From Blastocladiella emersonii ATCC 22665 (Eukaryota; Fungi; Blastocladiomycota), in contig JANHCV010000002.1 of assembly GCA_025594325.1 (NCBI GenBank), forward strand, positions 1,178,001-1,242,000: 64,000 bases of DNA. The letters run 5' to 3'. Below the pieces are notes generated by a model, which saw nothing but the letters and a program-made list of their open reading frames with translations, was not told where the DNA came from and did not search any database. Both the position numbers and the translations under genes were made by a program. Below, one piece after another: positions 60,860-64,000 of the stretch. Each line of letters begins with the position of its first letter. Within the stretch, counting starts at the first letter, position 1.

Positions 60860-62030
60860 TGTTTTGCTGGCGGCCATGGTGACCGCGCCCGTGTTGATGT
60901 CGAGGACCGCAGCCCCATCAAAGCCGCCAACAGCGAGCACACCCTCGCGATCAGGACACCACGAGCACACGCGCAGCCCGCGGAAATGCGTGCTGAGGTC
61001 GAAAGTGGCCGTGGGCGCGGTCGGGAGCGTCCCTGCGAACACGTCCCACAGCTTGACCGTCGCGTCTCTGTGGCCGACCGATCACCGGGCGGCCCGTGGA
61101 CATGAACGCGATGCACGGTGCCGATTCCGCAGGTGCGTCCACCAACCCAACGTGCTGCGCAGCGTTGCGCAGGTCAAACTGCAGGATCAGACCGCCGCTC
61201 GTTGATACAAAGGCGTGCGGGTCGGACGACGGCGCGAAGGCGGCCGACTTGGGCCGCGCAAACCGTCTGGGATGGGTGACGAGGTTCATGCGCGGCGCGG
61301 ATTCCATCGACGCAGGTAATAGTCGGGTGTCAAAGTAGCGCATGCGCTGCGCAGCGTTTGATCATCGCCGCCCGTGAGCAGGTGTCGGCTCAGACGGCGA
61401 CCACTTGGCCACGCAGATATCGGCCCCGGCGCGGCCATAGCGTCTTCGCGAATACGGCAGCGTGTGCCGGACAAACGAGGGCACGGGGCGCAGCGTGTTG
61501 AGGTCCCAGATCTTGACCATCGAGTCCCGCGAGCCAGACGCGAGCAGGTTGGGCTGGTATGGGAGCCACGACAGCGCCGTGACTGCGTCGAGATGGTACT
61601 CGCGGTTGACCCTAGTGTCCACGTTGAGAAGAATGCCCTAGGCGTCCGCTTCACGCGGCGCGCCAAGATAGGCCACGGGCAGCTGCGGCCCGACAAGATC
61701 AACGCTCCACAGCTTGATGTCCGCCGCGTGGCTCGCCACGGCCAAGAAGTTGCCCGCGCTGCCGCCCGGCGGGTTGAAGAGCGGCGGTGCAGCGGCATGT
61801 GTGCCGGGGACGTAGTTGATCCATTCGATGGCGTGAGGCGCAGAGGGAAGCCATGCGTTTTGATGGGGACGCAGCGTGTACTGGGTGCCGGCGCCAGGGA
61901 GACCAGCGTGCTGCGCGGGCGCCCAGTGCGCATGCTGCTCGAGTACGTGAAGTTGCATCTGCGCTCCAAACTTACCAGAACGAGTGCCGACGACAAGAAC
62001 GCTGGCCTCGGGTGCAATCGCAGGCACCAG
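60860..62030 (-). pseudogene. WD40-repeat gene with an in-frame stop and several frameshifts
   Basis: WD motifs LASGSRDSMVKIWDL, LLTGGDDQTLR, HRDATVKLWDV lie in different frames; in-frame TAG at about 61639-61641 (EADA*GILL). Limits approximate. Confidence 0.7.
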
Positions 62031-62683
62031 CTCGCCCGAGTGGTCCGAGGTGCTCAGTGCTGCGCGCCGCCATGAACCAGTCAGTTCCAGATGGGCTCAA
62101 GGGAGCGCGTCGCGCCGCGTTGGGGTAGGACGCACTCTCCATGGCGGACACAAGCTCACTGCATCCGGCAGCATTGCTACAATCGCAACCAGCGTTGCTG
62201 CATGCATCGTGCACCGGCGCTACGGCGGCCTTTGCCTCGAGTGCGGCAGCGTTCATGCTTTCCGGGTCTCGCAGGGCATTTGGGAGACTGAGAGAGGACA
62301 CGCTCAAACCCGGCCAGGCGAGCGAGGCGCCGATGGTCGGGAGTCCCTTGGTTGATGCGACGAGGCGTACTCGCGCAAACGCCCTGTTTGATCCAGGCAA
62401 GCGAAGTTGACATGGTTAGTGCGTAGCGCTTGTGGCGGGAGCGGAGGAGAGGGAAGGGTTTAGGGGACGAGAGCGTAACTCTACGAGTGTTGCGGGCTGG
62501 GACTCTGGTTTGTCGGATCCTGTGAGCCCACATGCGATGCATACTATCAGTCAAAGCCCCTTCTTAGCTCCACGTTGGAGTGCCTGGCCACACGCAGCTG
62601 CAGGGGAGTCCTCCGCCTAACTGCTAAGGTCGCTCTGCTCAGCGCACTAAGGGCTCTCTCCCGCAAAAATTGATGTTCGGAGC

Positions 62684-63217
62684 TTGGCGATGTTGAAAAC
62701 AGCTAGTTTTGACGACGCAAAACAACCACTGTCACCTGCCGGACGGTTCGCACAAGTCTTTGCAGAGCTAGCCTCGTGTGTTGAAGCAGGCATGCGTCGG
62801 GTGAGACGAACTACTTTCTTTGTTCTGGCTTCAGCATCTCAACTACAACGCAACATTGCAACTGTTCTCGCAAGTGCTGAAGAGTTAAGCGAAGGAACGC
62901 TTTTTCGTTGCAAGCAGTGGCCGAACGCATTGGGCCACAACCCCTTAAACTACTCCGTCCCAAAATTACAACTCGTCCTCGTCGAGATTGCAGCAGCACG
63001 CATACAGCTTGAAGAGCAAATGTCACAGCTCACAGAACTAGCAGCCGCGTATTCCGACATGCGCGGGAGCGAGTCCGATCTTTCCGACTTCAACGGGGAA
63101 AGGCGCCTTGTCCCGTTGTGCGTCAAGTGCGTTTCGCTATATGCGGAAGCAGAAAACCTGTCGACTTATTGTAAAACATTCTACGTTCTCGCTATAAAAG
63201 AGCGGACGCGTGCTTAG
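62684..63217 (+). CDS. Orphan intronless 177-aa helical-looking ORF in a lower-GC patch
   Basis: Open frame to TAG; A/T-richer codon use than host genes; no recognisable motif. Confidence 0.35.
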   Translation: MAMLKTASFDDAKQPLSPAGRFAQVFAELASCVEAGMRRVRRTTFFVLASASQLQRNIATVLASAEELSEGTLFRCKQWPNALGHNPLNYSVPKLQLVLVEIAAARIQLEEQMSQLTELAAAYSDMRGSESDLSDFNGERRLVPLCVKCVSLYAEAENLSTYCKTFYVLAIKERTRA

Positions 63218-63529
63218 TACGACTTTTGTCTCAGAAAACCCAGCGAGTCAAAGCTGACCATCCGCCCACCCCCTCCCTCCGTTTCGGTCACCAAGGATAA
63301 CGCGATTACCACTATCAAACGACGCGTTTAAGAGTTTTGATTGAGTTGTCGTCGAACACGCTCGACACGCGACACGTCGAGGCGTCGAACCGCGAGACGT
63401 GAGACGCGAGACGCGTCGCGATATCATGTGACGACGCGTGAGTGGCTCAGCCGCGCCTGCTTCAGCTCATGCCCACGCGCGGCTGCCTCGGTCGGACGTA
63501 TTCCCAGTACGGGGTAACCCGTTGTTCGA

Positions 63530-64000
63530 TTATACAACCTCCTTTTCCTTGTCGCTCTCATGCAGAGGAACCGGCTGCCCCGAGTTAGACACGCTCGCTG
63601 CGCTCTTGGCCACGGCCGCGACGATCGGGGCCGTGAACACGGGGTAGCTCGCGGTCGAACCCCGCCGCGACACGATGATGTCCGACGCTTTGAGCTCGGT
63701 CGCGGCTCCCGTAGACGAGGTTCCAGCTACGCTCACCGCACTCTTGGCGATGCCCAGCGGCGGCGCCACGACCATCGTATGACCCGTGATGGAACCGCGG
63801 CGAAGCGTCGAGAAGCCTGGTCGAGGCTGGTCACCGTTGAATCCAAGATCGGCCGTCTTGCAGCTCGACGAGCGCCCACGGATCGACTTGGGAGAGGTGC
63901 TGCTCGCAGTGTTCGATGCAGCCGAAGCGGCGGCTCTCGCGGCCCACATACCGCCCGCGTTCTGAGCGGCAAACAGGACGTACATGGCGCCCGCGTCGAC
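63530..64000 (-). CDS. Third 7TM-family paralogue, C-terminal part (runs off the window end)
   Basis: VDAGAMYVLFAAQNAGGMWAARAAASAAS followed by an S/T-rich tail; matches TM7 of the other two copies. Confidence 0.7.
   Translation of the reverse strand, partial: VDAGAMYVLFAAQNAGGMWAARAAASAASNTASSTSPKSIRGRSSSCKTADLGFNGDQPRPGFSTLRRGSITGHTMVVAPPLGIAKSAVSVAGTSSTGAATELKASDIIVSRRGSTASYPVFTAPIVAAVAKSAASVSNSGQPVPLHESDKEKEVV

Noticed and set aside
1-64000. tRNA, rRNA genes and U12-type introns
   Set aside because: No cloverleaf, T-loop context or rRNA-like sequence recognised; all introns I traced are GT-AG with U2-type donors.

Overview
Eukaryotic, very GC-rich, intron-containing fungal DNA with short GT-AG introns (mostly 55-80 nt, GTACG/GTAAG donors, CTAAC/CTGAC-like branch sites). 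A CFAP43 axonemal gene shows the organism is flagellated. With chitin deacetylase, a muniscin and a fungal-type HMG-CoA reductase, this points to a zoosporic fungus, probably Blastocladiomycota (Allomyces/Blastocladiella-like; inference). Intact genes: CorA/Alr1 Mg transporter (5' partial), muniscin/Syp1-like, RPL7 (unusual ~1 kb first intron), DNA polymerase iota, a 7TM GPCR-like protein, an F-box-like/ankyrin protein, a GPI-type chitin deacetylase, a CIB2/3-like EF-hand protein, SET1, HMG-CoA reductase, proteasome beta5, an S8 subtilisin, a Q/A/K-rich repeat protein, CFAP43, aconitase and RCL1; WDR27-like is only partly traceable. Accessory material: a decayed ~4.1 kb two-gene element with inverted CAATT-rich ends (Plavaka/CACTA-like), a decayed partial copy of the neighbouring muniscin gene, three lower-GC islands with orphan or frameshifted ORFs, frameshifted Kelch and WD40 genes, and two more members of the 7TM family. 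Best candidates for an undescribed system: the three-member GPCR-like 7TM family, the CIB2/3-like gene and the RAQS-repeat protein. Most long ORFs in the supplied track are antisense or off-frame shadows caused by GC bias. All family assignments are from motif recognition by eye; no searches were run.
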